32,000 bases of DNA from an uncultured Erysipelotrichaceae bacterium (GTDB lineage: Bacteria; Bacillota_I; Bacilli_A; Erysipelotrichales; Erysipelotrichaceae), in assembly GCA_964401865.1 (NCBI GenBank), contig CAYNZZ010000002.1, positions 86,333 through 118,332 on the forward strand, in the 5' to 3' direction. The notes below the pieces were generated by a model. The model was given only the letters and a program-made list of their open reading frames with translations. It made no database searches and had not been told where the DNA came from. Made by a program: the position numbers and the translations under genes. Shown here piece by piece: positions 1-9,303 of this stretch. How positions within the stretch are numbered: the first letter of the stretch is position 1; every line of letters begins with the position of its first letter.

Positions 1-407
<407 letters not shown>

Positions 408-413
408 TATTTG

Positions 414-447
414 CTCCTTAGATCATAAACTGATTTAAGGAGTTTTT
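414..447 (+). terminator. Rho-independent terminator after the CorC-like gene
   Basis: CTCCTTAGATC (414-424) pairs with GATTTAAGGAG (432-442) around a 7-nt loop, and TTTTT follows at 443-447. Confidence 0.7.
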
Positions 448-494
448 AAATGGTGGGACATGTTTTATTGCTTTTTTTAATTATTTGAATGGGA

Positions 495-500
495 TATAAT
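495..500 (+). promoter_or_regulatory. Candidate -10 box (TATAAT) for rsmE; its last T is 7 nt from the A of ATG 507, implying a leaderless transcript
   Basis: This is the only consensus -10 between the upstream terminator (414-447) and the homology-supported start at 507. There is no SD upstream of 507 or 489, and no good -35. Confidence 0.35.
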
Positions 501-506
501 GTTTGT

Positions 507-1202
507 ATGCAACAGTATTTTATAAATGAAGAATTAGATGTTGGCAAAAGATATACATTAGATAAAGAAATGTATCATCATTTAAAACATGTGTTAAGAA
601 AAGATGATGGTACAAACTTTCGCATCGTTGATACAAAAAATGAAATTTTTCTTGCGGAATTATCTTCTAATGAGGCGATAATTTTGGATAGAATTATTGA
701 AGACAGAGAATTAGACATTAATATTACAGTTATTATGTCACTGATTAAAAATGATAAGTTTGATTTTTGCCTTCAAAAGTTAACTGAATTAGGCGTTAAA
801 AGAATTATTCCATATTCTGCGAATCGTTCAATAATTAAAATAAAAGATAAGGATTCTAAAATTCAAAGATATAGAAAAATTGTTCAGGAAGCAAGCGAAC
901 AGTCTTTGCGATCAATGGTTCCGCTGATTGATGATATTATTGATTTTAATGATTTAAGTAAATATAAATCAAAATACAATTATGTAGCTTATGAAAAAAA
1001 TAATTGTATTTATATTCCGTATCAGGAAATCGATGACTCTATTACTATTATTATTGGTCCAGAGGGAGGTTTTGAAGAAAGCGAAATCAAAAAATTTGAA
1101 AGTGAAGGATTTAAACCTATTTCACTTGGCAAACGCATTTTGCGTGCTGAAACTGCAGCATTATATGTGGTTAGTAATATTGTAGGGGCAAATGAAAGAT
1201 GA
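507..1202 (+). CDS. rsmE: 16S rRNA (uracil1498-N3)-methyltransferase RsmE
   Basis: The N-terminus MQQYFI.. matches the usual RsmE start (MQRYF). The C-terminal IIIGPEGGFxxxE...G...SLGxRILRAETA motif is present. Its stop overlaps the mtaB start (ATGA), as in the Bacillus yqeU-yqeV pair. The alternative ATG at 489 adds 6 non-conserved residues. Confidence 0.85.
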   Translation: MQQYFINEELDVGKRYTLDKEMYHHLKHVLRKDDGTNFRIVDTKNEIFLAELSSNEAIILDRIIEDRELDINITVIMSLIKNDKFDFCLQKLTELGVKRIIPYSANRSIIKIKDKDSKIQRYRKIVQEASEQSLRSMVPLIDDIIDFNDLSKYKSKYNYVAYEKNNCIYIPYQEIDDSITIIIGPEGGFEESEIKKFESEGFKPISLGKRILRAETAALYVVSNIVGANER

Positions 1203-2461
1203 AGACATATGCAATGATGGTTCTTGGATGTAAGGTAAATGATTTTGAATCTAATTATGTCAAAGAACAAATGGATAAGGATTATTTGGAAGTAAGCTTT
1301 AAAGAAAGTGCTGATATTTATATTATTTTTACTTGCTGTGTTACAAATTTTGCTGAAGCGAAAACCCGCAAATTTATTCGTTCTTGTCGAAGAAAAAATA
1401 AGAATGCATATATTGTAGCTGTAGGTTGTTACGCTCAGGTAAAAAAAGATGAAGATGTATTTAAAGATGTCGATTTAGTTATTGGTTCTAAACATAAAGA
1501 TAAGATAAAAGAGTATATTGATAAAGCGATTAAAAAGAATGATGTTTCTACGCTTGATGATGTGCAATTTGAATATCTCGATTTAAATAATTATCTTCGT
1601 AAGACCAGGGCTTTCTTGAAGATTCAAGATGGCTGCAATCAATTTTGCAGTTATTGCATCATTCCGTATGCTAGAGGAAGACAGCGCAGTGGTGAAATGA
1701 ATATTTTGGTTAAACAAGCATCTAAATTAGCTGAACATTCTAAGGAAATTGTTTTGACTGGTATTCATACTGGCAGATATTTTGATGGTAGTCATAATCT
1801 AGTAGATTTATTAAGAGAATTGGAAAAGATTGATAATTTAAAGACGATAAGACTTTCCTCGATTGAAATTACTGAAATAAGTGATGATTTATTAGAATTT
1901 TTTAAATATTCTAAGAAGATGGCTCATCATTTGCATATCCCATTACAATCAGGAAGTGATCGCATATTGAATTTGATGAACAGGCCCTACACAACAAAGT
2001 GTTTTTATGATCGTGTAACTGAGATTAGAAAAGCCATTCCTCATATTAGTATTTCTACTGATTTGATTGTTGGCTTTCCGACAGAAAGCGATGAAGATTT
2101 TAAAGAAACAATGAGTTTTTTAAAGAAAATATCTTTCTCTTTTATTCATGTTTTTCCTTATTCTCGAAAAAAGGGTACTAAAGCCGATACATTTGATGGA
2201 CATTTACCTAACGATATTAAAAAGAAAAGAGAAAAAGATGTTTTTGAATTAGAAAAAGAAATTACTCTAGATTATAAAAAATCTTGGTTAAATAAGTGCG
2301 CTTATGTTTTTATTGAACAGGTTAAAGAAGGTTATAGTTACGGTTATTCTAAAGAGTATTTATATACGAAAATAAATAAAGAATTAACAATCGGAAGCAT
2401 CGTACAAGTTAATTTTTTAAGCATTGATGAAGATGCTATGGTGGGTGAAGTATGCTATTAA
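1199..2461 (+). CDS. mtaB: Radical-SAM methylthiotransferase, MtaB type (tRNA ms2t6A37)
   Basis: The N-terminal UPF0004 cysteines (LGCKVN, FTCCVT, GCYAQ) and the radical-SAM CNQFCSYC cluster motif are present. The gene sits directly after rsmE, as yqeV does in Bacillus. Confidence 0.85.
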   Translation: MKTYAMMVLGCKVNDFESNYVKEQMDKDYLEVSFKESADIYIIFTCCVTNFAEAKTRKFIRSCRRKNKNAYIVAVGCYAQVKKDEDVFKDVDLVIGSKHKDKIKEYIDKAIKKNDVSTLDDVQFEYLDLNNYLRKTRAFLKIQDGCNQFCSYCIIPYARGRQRSGEMNILVKQASKLAEHSKEIVLTGIHTGRYFDGSHNLVDLLRELEKIDNLKTIRLSSIEITEISDDLLEFFKYSKKMAHHLHIPLQSGSDRILNLMNRPYTTKCFYDRVTEIRKAIPHISISTDLIVGFPTESDEDFKETMSFLKKISFSFIHVFPYSRKKGTKADTFDGHLPNDIKKKREKDVFELEKEITLDYKKSWLNKCAYVFIEQVKEGYSYGYSKEYLYTKINKELTIGSIVQVNFLSIDEDAMVGEVCY

Positions 2462-3918
2462 GTAGTTTCTTTAAAAATGCACCAGATATTGAGATAAGAC
2501 AACTTTCTTGTGATAGTCGAATGCCAATGGAAGATTGCATCTTTTTCTGTGCTAAGGGCATCAAAGATGATGGACATAATTTTGTTAAAGAAGCCATCTT
2601 CAACGGTGCTAAAGTAGTTGTCTATGAAAATGATATAGATACTTCTTTACCTTGCATATATATCAAAGTAAATGATGTTTTGGATGTGTTGAATGTCATT
2701 GCCTCTAAGTTTTATGGTCATCCTGGAAAAGCGATGGAGAACTTTGTGATGGCAGGAAGTTCAAATCGTAACTCAGTATCATTCATCATTAATCAGATTG
2801 TTAGCAATTACCGTAGTTGTGGTTATATTGGTTCTTTAGGTATTAACTTTGCTAATACAAAATTGATGTCTTCTGAACCGACTTTAACTATATTGGACAA
2901 TCAGAGATATCTGTTGAAGATGAAAGAGAGTGGTGTTGAAGCTTGTGTATTTGAAGCTGACTATTTGGGCTTAGATTTAAAGAAAATAGATGCAATATAT
3001 CCTAAATCTATTACTTATACCAATACTATATCTTCTGATTCTGATTATAAAAAGATGTATTATGATTATGCCGAATCGATCGTTCGTTATATTAAAAATT
3101 TTGATACACCACTAGATATCATATTTAATTCTGATGACGAAACTTATGAAAGAATTAAAAAAGTATTAGATAACAGAATTGTTACATATAGTATTAGAGA
3201 TGAGGGAGCTGACTATTATGCAACTAATATAACTATTGGCAGTAAGGAAACTTCTTTTACTTTAAGATGTTTTCAAAATACATATCAGGTTACAACCAAT
3301 CTCATTGGTATGCAGAGTGTCTATAGTTTATTAGCTGCAATTGCAACACTATCAACTAGAGGATATCCTATTAGTGAAATAGTTGCATATTGTCGAAATC
3401 TTCTTCCACCTGATGGTATTATGCAGAGAATAGACTGTGGTCAGAAATATGAAGTTGTAGTTGATTCGGCAAATACATATAACGATTTAACCAATGTATT
3501 AAAATTTGCCAGATCAGTCGTAGATGCTAAACATCGCATCGTTGTAATGGTTGGACTTAGTGCTTATAGTAGTGAGGAAAAACGTCAAAAATATGGAACA
3601 CTATTAGATAAATATGCTGATTTAATTATTTTGACGGAAGATGATGCCCATGAAGAGTCAGTTTTTCAAATATCTAATGATATAATAGAAAGCATAAAGA
3701 ATAAAGAAACAATTGTTATCGAAAATAGAGAGTTAGCTATTTACAGTGCTATTGAATTGTTGAATGAGAGAGATATGTTTCTATGTTTGGGCAAGGGAAA
3801 TGAAAAGATTATTTATCGTTCATTAGGTAAAGAAGCATATGATGGCGATGTAGAAATTGTTAAAAAATACATAAAGAAAAGATTGGAGGAAGAAAATGGA
3901 ATTATCGAAGTATATTGA
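2452..3918 (+). CDS. Mur ligase family protein, MurE-like, with degenerate catalytic motifs (see findings)
   Basis: The protein is collinear with MurE over its whole length (CDSR..FFCAKG..DGHNF..NGA at the N-terminus; LIG..VYSLLAA in the middle; LGKGNE at the C-terminus). The P-loop and other catalytic motifs are replaced. The ORF is intact and overlaps both neighbours. Confidence 0.8.
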   Translation: MLLSSFFKNAPDIEIRQLSCDSRMPMEDCIFFCAKGIKDDGHNFVKEAIFNGAKVVVYENDIDTSLPCIYIKVNDVLDVLNVIASKFYGHPGKAMENFVMAGSSNRNSVSFIINQIVSNYRSCGYIGSLGINFANTKLMSSEPTLTILDNQRYLLKMKESGVEACVFEADYLGLDLKKIDAIYPKSITYTNTISSDSDYKKMYYDYAESIVRYIKNFDTPLDIIFNSDDETYERIKKVLDNRIVTYSIRDEGADYYATNITIGSKETSFTLRCFQNTYQVTTNLIGMQSVYSLLAAIATLSTRGYPISEIVAYCRNLLPPDGIMQRIDCGQKYEVVVDSANTYNDLTNVLKFARSVVDAKHRIVVMVGLSAYSSEEKRQKYGTLLDKYADLIILTEDDAHEESVFQISNDIIESIKNKETIVIENRELAIYSAIELLNERDMFLCLGKGNEKIIYRSLGKEAYDGDVEIVKKYIKKRLEEENGIIEVY

Positions 3919-4537
3919 TCACACAATGTTAAAGGCAGATGCAGGTATTGAAGCAATTAAGAAGTTATGTAATGAAGCTATCGAATATGATTTTAAAACT
4001 GTTTGCGTAAATCCGAGTTATATTGAATTATGCAAAGAATTATTAAAGGATAGCGATGTTAAAGTATGCACAGTTATTGGTTTTCCGCTAGGACAAATGA
4101 CCACAGAATCAAAAGTTTTTGAGGCTAGTGATGCACTTGAAAAGGGAGCTGATGAAATAGATATGGTTATCAATATCGCAAAGTTAAAGGACAGAGATAT
4201 TGGATATGTTACAAATGAAATCTCAGAAATTAAAAAAGCATGTGGCAGTCATACATTAAAAGTAATTATTGAAACTTGTCTTTTAACCGATGAAGAGAAA
4301 CGATTAGCGTGCCAATGTATAATTGAAGCTGGAGCAGACTTTGTCAAGACTTCTACCGGTTTTTCGACTTCGGGAGCAACATTTAAAGATGTTGAACTAT
4401 TAAAACAATGTGTTGGGGATTCATGCTTGGTAAAAGCGGCTGGCGGAGTTAAAACACATGACGATATGCTAAAAATGATTGAACTCGGTGCAAATCGTAT
4501 TGGTACATCGTCTGGTGTTAAATTAATGGAAAAATAG
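3896..4537 (+). CDS. deoC: Deoxyribose-phosphate aldolase
   Basis: YIDHTMLK, CVNP, the Schiff-base lysine context DFVKTSTGF, and KAAGGV...GANRIGTSSG are all present. A GGAGGAAG SD lies upstream of the ATG. Confidence 0.9.
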   Translation: MELSKYIDHTMLKADAGIEAIKKLCNEAIEYDFKTVCVNPSYIELCKELLKDSDVKVCTVIGFPLGQMTTESKVFEASDALEKGADEIDMVINIAKLKDRDIGYVTNEISEIKKACGSHTLKVIIETCLLTDEEKRLACQCIIEAGADFVKTSTGFSTSGATFKDVELLKQCVGDSCLVKAAGGVKTHDDMLKMIELGANRIGTSSGVKLMEK

Positions 4538-4588
4538 TCTTTCTTGTATCTTTTGCTAACGCTTTTTCAAATAAAAATTAGTTTTAAG

Positions 4589-4617
4589 TTGTATTTGTTC
4601 AAAGAGTTTTATATAAT
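4589..4617 (+). promoter_or_regulatory. Sigma-A-type promoter candidate for rpsU
   Basis: The -35 TTGTAT (4589-4594), an exact 17-nt spacer and the -10 TATAAT (4612-4617) lie about 30 nt upstream of the rpsU start. Confidence 0.5.
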
Positions 4618-4647
4618 TATAAAGGATTATTTAAAGGGGGTGTTATC

Positions 4648-4827
4648 GTGGCAAAGGTAATCGTTAAAGAAAACGAGGCATTAGATGATGCTTTACGTCG
4701 TTTCAAAAGACAAGTTTCTCGTAATGGCACTCTCGTAGAAGCTCGTAAACGCGAATATTATGTTAAACCTGGTGTTCGTCGTAAACTAAAATCAGAAGCA
4801 GCTAGAAAAGCTAGAAGAGGAAAATAG
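4648..4827 (+). CDS. rpsU: 30S ribosomal protein S21 (GTG start; absent from the ORF track because it is only 59 aa)
   Basis: My hand translation gives (M)[58 protein letters not shown]. The SD AAAGGGGG at 4633-4640 lies 7 nt upstream of the GTG. Confidence 0.9.
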   Translation: MAKVIVKENEALDDALRRFKRQVSRNGTLVEARKREYYVKPGVRRKLKSEAARKARRGK

Positions 4828-4850
4828 TAAAGTTTATCTTTACTATTTTT
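4827..4850 (+). terminator. Weak hairpin plus T-rich tract after rpsU
   Basis: GTAAAG (4827-4832) pairs with CTTTAC (4838-4843), followed by TATTTTTATT. The stem is short and AT-rich, so this is probably only a partial terminator. Confidence 0.3.
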
Positions 4851-4867
4851 ATTATATGGAGGTTTTT

Positions 4868-5812
4868 ATGCCTAATCAAAAATATATTATTAATGGTAAT
4901 GAGATGGATAAAATTCCATCACTGCTAGGTGTTCAAGATAAAAATTTAAAACTTTTAAAGAAGTTGTATCAAACCGATATAACTTATCGCGATAACTATT
5001 TCTTTTTCTGCTCTGAAAATAAAGAAGATTTTGAAAAATTTAAAAAGCACATCAATCTTTTATTTGATTGTATCAATCAAAACGATGAAATAAATGAAGA
5101 CAAAATCGCAATTATATATCATTCCTTGAATAAGGATGATGTAGATAGCAAGCATTATAAAGTAATAATTTATGATTCAAATAATAATCCAGTCATTGCA
5201 AGAAACAACAATCAAGCAAGTTTGATAAAATCAATAGAAAATCATGACTTGGTCTTTTCTATTGGTCCAGCCGGAACTGGGAAAACATATCTATCGGTTG
5301 CTATGGCGGTCAATGCTTTAAAAAAACGTGAGGTTGAAAAGATTGTTCTTACAAGACCAGCAGTAGAAGCGGGAGAGAAAATTGGTTTTTTACCTGGCGA
5401 TATTAAAGACAAAATCGATCCTTATTTAATGCCTTTATATGACTCATTAAGCGATCTATTAGGATATCAACAGTTTATAAAATTATTAGAACGCAATGTT
5501 ATTGAAATTATACCTTTAGCTTTCATGCGAGGAAGAACATTCAATAATGCGTTTATCATTTTAGATGAAGCACAGAATACGACCGAATCACAAATGTTGA
5601 TGTTTCTTACCAGACTTGGTAAGAAATCAAAAATGGTTGTTAATGGCGATATTACTCAGATAGATTATCCATTAAAAAAAGAAACTAGCGGTTTGGTCAG
5701 CGCTAGCTATAAACTTAGAAATATCGATGAAATTGCTTTCTCATATTTAGACAGCAAAGATGTTGTGCGTAATCCGTTAGTTCAAAAGATTATTGAAGAA
5801 TATGCTAAATAA
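4868..5812 (+). CDS. phoH: PhoH family ATPase
   Basis: Walker A GPAGTGKT, Walker B IILDEAQN and the PhoH C-terminal RNPLV motif are present. The GGAGG at 4858-4862 serves ATG 4868, so the ORF-track ATG at 4856 actually lies inside the SD. Confidence 0.9.
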   Translation: MPNQKYIINGNEMDKIPSLLGVQDKNLKLLKKLYQTDITYRDNYFFFCSENKEDFEKFKKHINLLFDCINQNDEINEDKIAIIYHSLNKDDVDSKHYKVIIYDSNNNPVIARNNNQASLIKSIENHDLVFSIGPAGTGKTYLSVAMAVNALKKREVEKIVLTRPAVEAGEKIGFLPGDIKDKIDPYLMPLYDSLSDLLGYQQFIKLLERNVIEIIPLAFMRGRTFNNAFIILDEAQNTTESQMLMFLTRLGKKSKMVVNGDITQIDYPLKKETSGLVSASYKLRNIDEIAFSYLDSKDVVRNPLVQKIIEEYAK

Positions 5813-6704
5813 TACTTTCAGGATAGTTAGGAGCTTTTAATGATATAGCTCCTTTTTTAATACATATTTCAACATGATTAGTCATATCGTTTTCTCCATC
5901 AGATTGATAAGCAACTTCACGATCACAATCAATGACGATGTTTTGTGCTTTTATCCTAACAAATTCTTTTCTATTTAGATGTTTTCCTTGCATATAGGCA
6001 ATCAGAAATGGATATACTTTATGAAAGGGAACCTTTTTGACTAAACATAAATCTAAATATCCATCATTAATTGAAGCATCAGGACAAGCAGGAACACCAT
6101 TTCCATAATATCGTCCATTTAATACTGCAACGATATAGAAGTCATCTTCGATTATTTTACCATCAACATTAATTATGTAATGATGGGCAGTTAGGTTGAG
6201 TAAAACATTTTTGATAATCGAAATAATATATGCAGGACCTTTAGCAATAAAACTTTTCCTAATTAGTTTAGAAGCGTAATAATTTACCTCGGCATCAATT
6301 CCAAAGCTAGTCACATTTATCCATTTATGGTCATTACAAGTGGCATAATCAATTTTTTTGATAGGAGCATTAATTGTATCTTGGATAAGCTTTGCAATGT
6401 CATGCTTAGTATCAATCAAACGATAGAAATCATTGCCACTTCCAAGTGGTAGTACAGCTAGTGGCACATCCTCATTTAATCCGTTAATTATTTCATATAA
6501 TGTACCATCACCACCAACTGAATAAATAACTACATTATCTATGGCTGTATATCTTTTAGCTATTTCTTCAGCATCTTTTACTTTTTCGGTATATATTATT
6601 TGGTAATCAATTTTATTATTTTTGCATATTTCTTCAATGAAGTGTGCATTTTTTAAAGCTTTGCCTTTACCAGATATTTTATTGACAATAAAAATATGTT
6701 TCAT
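5805..6704 (-). CDS. Diacylglycerol/lipid kinase, YegS/BmrU/DagK family
   Basis: It has the typical N-terminus [16 protein letters not shown], the GGDGT motif ([10 protein letters not shown]) and PLGSGNDF. At 299 aa its length fits the family. Confidence 0.85.
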   Translation of the reverse strand: MKHIFIVNKISGKGKALKNAHFIEEICKNNKIDYQIIYTEKVKDAEEIAKRYTAIDNVVIYSVGGDGTLYEIINGLNEDVPLAVLPLGSGNDFYRLIDTKHDIAKLIQDTINAPIKKIDYATCNDHKWINVTSFGIDAEVNYYASKLIRKSFIAKGPAYIISIIKNVLLNLTAHHYIINVDGKIIEDDFYIVAVLNGRYYGNGVPACPDASINDGYLDLCLVKKVPFHKVYPFLIAYMQGKHLNRKEFVRIKAQNIVIDCDREVAYQSDGENDMTNHVEICIKKGAISLKAPNYPESII

Positions 6705-6705
6705 A

Positions 6706-7527
6706 CTAATAGCCTTTCAATCTATCTGTTTTGTCGATGAATATTTGTTTATATATTTCTTTTCCTCTTAAATCATATAGCATATTTGCCCATGTTGCCC
6801 ATAATAAATCTTGAGCTTTTTCAATAATTGTCATTTTTTTAAGTGTTTTTTCATCTAATTTGTTGTCAAAATAGTAATTATAGATTTTTAAACGTAACTC
6901 TTGATTATAGATATTATTTTCACTTAGAAAACTCATCAAGTCAAAATAAGGATGGTTTTTGGCTGCGAATTCATAATCGATTAAATATGATCTATCATTG
7001 GTGAATAAAATATTGCCATCAACCAAATCGTTGTGGGATAAAATATATTTGTCATCTAAAGTATCGAAATCATCAATTAAGTATTCGAATTCCTTATAGT
7101 CAAATAATGGATTGATAACTTGTTTTTTATATAATTCATATCTTTTTTTTAAATCGAAATTATGATTTGTATTTATATCTATTTCGTGAAATTTCTTTAT
7201 TAAATCAATTGTGATAAAATATTTATTAGGATCTTCACATTCTTTAAAAGTTTTAATATTATCGACATAGTCAACTATTCTTATCTTTTCTTTATCGATA
7301 TAAGCATTTTCATCAAAATCAATATTTTGTCCTCTTAATGCTACTTGAATCTGCCTTTCTAACTCATGATTAGCCATGGTATCTGCATCTTTATTTATAA
7401 CTCTAGCGACATGTTTTTTTATTCCGTTAAATTCGATGATATAGATGTCATTAGATAAACCTAAATCGGTGTGTATAAGTTTAAAATCTTTGTGATATAA
7501 TTCTCTTAGTGTCTTGTATAAATTCAT
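6706..7527 (-). CDS. Choline/ethanolamine-kinase-like phosphotransferase (APH fold)
   Basis: The Brenner motif HNDLVDGNILF and the IDYEF(A) metal-binding motif are present. Its stop lies 1 nt from the start of the lipid kinase, so the two form an operon. Confidence 0.75.
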   Translation of the reverse strand: MNLYKTLRELYHKDFKLIHTDLGLSNDIYIIEFNGIKKHVARVINKDADTMANHELERQIQVALRGQNIDFDENAYIDKEKIRIVDYVDNIKTFKECEDPNKYFITIDLIKKFHEIDINTNHNFDLKKRYELYKKQVINPLFDYKEFEYLIDDFDTLDDKYILSHNDLVDGNILFTNDRSYLIDYEFAAKNHPYFDLMSFLSENNIYNQELRLKIYNYYFDNKLDEKTLKKMTIIEKAQDLLWATWANMLYDLRGKEIYKQIFIDKTDRLKGY

Positions 7528-7533
7528 GACTTG

Positions 7534-7542
7534 ATTATAGCA
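7534..7542 (-). promoter_or_regulatory. Perfect extended -10 (TGCTATAAT, minus strand) for the kinase operon; ATG 7527 lies exactly 7 nt after its last T
   Basis: The minus strand reads TGCTATAAT-CAAGTC-ATG. There is no SD. The element sits within a 16-bp divergent spacer. Confidence 0.5.
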
Positions 7543-7543
7543 T

Positions 7544-8119
7544 ATGAAAAAAATTTTATTCGCAACAAAAAATCTCAGTAAAGTAAAAGAGGTAAAAGGA
7601 ATATTTGCCCATTTAGATTATGAAATTATTTCTTTGAATGAGATCGATGATATTGATGAAGTAATTGAGAATGGTTTTTCTTTTAGAGAAAATGCATATC
7701 TTAAAGCTAAATATTATTTCGATAAATATAATGTTCCTTCTTTTAGCGATGATAGTGGTATTTCGATTACTTATTTAAATGACAATCCTGGCATTCATAG
7801 TGCTCGTTTTTTGGGTGGAAAAGACTATAATCGAACTAATAATTTCATTTTAGATTTAATGAAAGGCATTGAAGATAGAAGTGCATATTACACATGTGCA
7901 ATTTGCTATGTTGATGAAAATGGTCCGCTTTATTTTGATGGTGTAATGGATGGAGAAATTGCCAACGAAGCAAGAGGGGAAAATGGTTTTGGTTTTGATC
8001 CTATCTTCTATCTTCCTGAATATGATAAAAATGTTGCCGAACTAAGCGATGAAGAAAAGAATAATATTTCTCATCGCAGTATAGCTCTTAGAAAGATGGT
8101 GAATTATTTTGAAAAATAA
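7544..8119 (+). CDS. rdgB: Non-canonical purine NTP pyrophosphatase (RdgB/HAM1 family)
   Basis: The motifs FATKNxxKxxE, SDDSG, FGFDPIF and ISHRS are present, and the length is 191 aa. Confidence 0.9.
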   Translation: MKKILFATKNLSKVKEVKGIFAHLDYEIISLNEIDDIDEVIENGFSFRENAYLKAKYYFDKYNVPSFSDDSGISITYLNDNPGIHSARFLGGKDYNRTNNFILDLMKGIEDRSAYYTCAICYVDENGPLYFDGVMDGEIANEARGENGFGFDPIFYLPEYDKNVAELSDEEKNNISHRSIALRKMVNYFEK

Positions 8120-8786
8120 ATTATTTTGTTTTGTGATAAGCTTGTCATTTTTAATTGCAGTATTTCTTGAATCGATTGATATAAATTGCTTCAATAAGCA
8201 TTACTATAACTATATATATGAGAAAAATAGTACTAATGAAATTATGAATATAACGACAGATGATTTAAATAAAATGACAGATACTCTGTTAGATTACCTA
8301 AGAGATAAAAGAGATGATTTGAGTGTTGAAATAAATGTTGATGGTGCTTTGACGCAAGGCTTTAACGAGCGAGAAATAGCTCATATGATTGATGTAAAAG
8401 ATTTGTATCAAAATGCTATGATAGTAAGAAATATATGTGCAGGGATATTATTTATATCAATCTCTTTTATCATTGCGTTTAGACCGAAAAATATTTTTAG
8501 TAATTTACAAAGTAGTTATATTAAAGCTTGGTTATTAATTATGGCTATTATGTCATCTTTGGGATTATATATATTCTTAGATTTTAATTCATTCTGGACA
8601 AATTTCCACCATGTCTTCTTTTCGAATGATTTGTGGTTATTAGATCCATCGGTCGATAGATTAATTATGATGGTTCCTTTAAATTTTTTTAACGGTTTAG
8701 TTATTTTTATACTTGTATCGACAATTCTAACTTGGTTATGCGGTTATTTAGTTATTAATTTTTTAAAAAGGAGCGAAGAAAAATGA
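8109..8786 (+). CDS. Integral membrane protein, TIGR01906/DUF1461-like (function unknown)
   Basis: It has an N-terminal transmembrane (TM) segment, a soluble middle section and three C-terminal TM segments, plus the WxxFHxxFFxND-like motif (FWTNFHHVFFSNDLWLLD). The start is TTG at 8109, with GGTGA 6 nt upstream, and it overlaps rdgB by 11 nt. The exact start is uncertain. Confidence 0.6.
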   Translation: MKNKLFCFVISLSFLIAVFLESIDINCFNKHYYNYIYEKNSTNEIMNITTDDLNKMTDTLLDYLRDKRDDLSVEINVDGALTQGFNEREIAHMIDVKDLYQNAMIVRNICAGILFISISFIIAFRPKNIFSNLQSSYIKAWLLIMAIMSSLGLYIFLDFNSFWTNFHHVFFSNDLWLLDPSVDRLIMMVPLNFFNGLVIFILVSTILTWLCGYLVINFLKRSEEK

Positions 8787-9289
8787 TAAATGTTGTTTTA
8801 TATGAACCTGAGATACCTGATAATACTGGCAATATCATGCGTACTTGCAGTGCTTTTAATATGCGACTTCATCTTATAGAACCACTTGGATATATATTGG
8901 ATGATAAACACCTTAAACGTGCAGGAATGGATTATATCAAAGATTTAAAATATGTTGTTTATCCTAATTATGAGGACTTTTTAAGCAAGAATGATGGTGA
9001 TTTTGTATTCTTCTCTAGATATGGTATGAAAAGCTTTGAAACTTGTGATTTTACTGTTTTTAAGAAAGATATCTATCTTGTTTTCGGCAAAGAAAGTACT
9101 GGCATACCTAAAGAAATTCTCAAAAATCATTTAGAAACTACATATCGTTTACCGATGCGTGAAGATGCAAGGAGTTTAAATCTATCTAATTGTGTAGCTA
9201 TTGGCGCTTTTGAATGTTTACGACAAGTCGGTTTTAATGGTTTATCTAAGTGCGAAGTGATAAAAGGAAAAGACTGGCTATTAAAATAA
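8783..9289 (+). CDS. trmL: tRNA (cytidine/uridine34-2'-O)-methyltransferase TrmL (SpoU/TrmH class)
   Basis: The N-terminus VVLYEPEIPDNTGNIMRTC, then LVFGKESTGIP and SLNLSNCVAI, match the family. A GGAG SD is present and the length is 168 aa. Confidence 0.85.
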   Translation: MINVVLYEPEIPDNTGNIMRTCSAFNMRLHLIEPLGYILDDKHLKRAGMDYIKDLKYVVYPNYEDFLSKNDGDFVFFSRYGMKSFETCDFTVFKKDIYLVFGKESTGIPKEILKNHLETTYRLPMREDARSLNLSNCVAIGAFECLRQVGFNGLSKCEVIKGKDWLLK

Positions 9290-9303
9290 TGTATAATATA
9301 GAC

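Noticed and set aside
9250-9288. The ORF-track start at 9250 for the VanY-like gene.
   Set aside because: It would overlap trmL by 40 nt and place a highly basic 13-aa peptide before the obvious signal anchor. ATG 9289 (TAATG coupling) and ATG 9304 are better supported.
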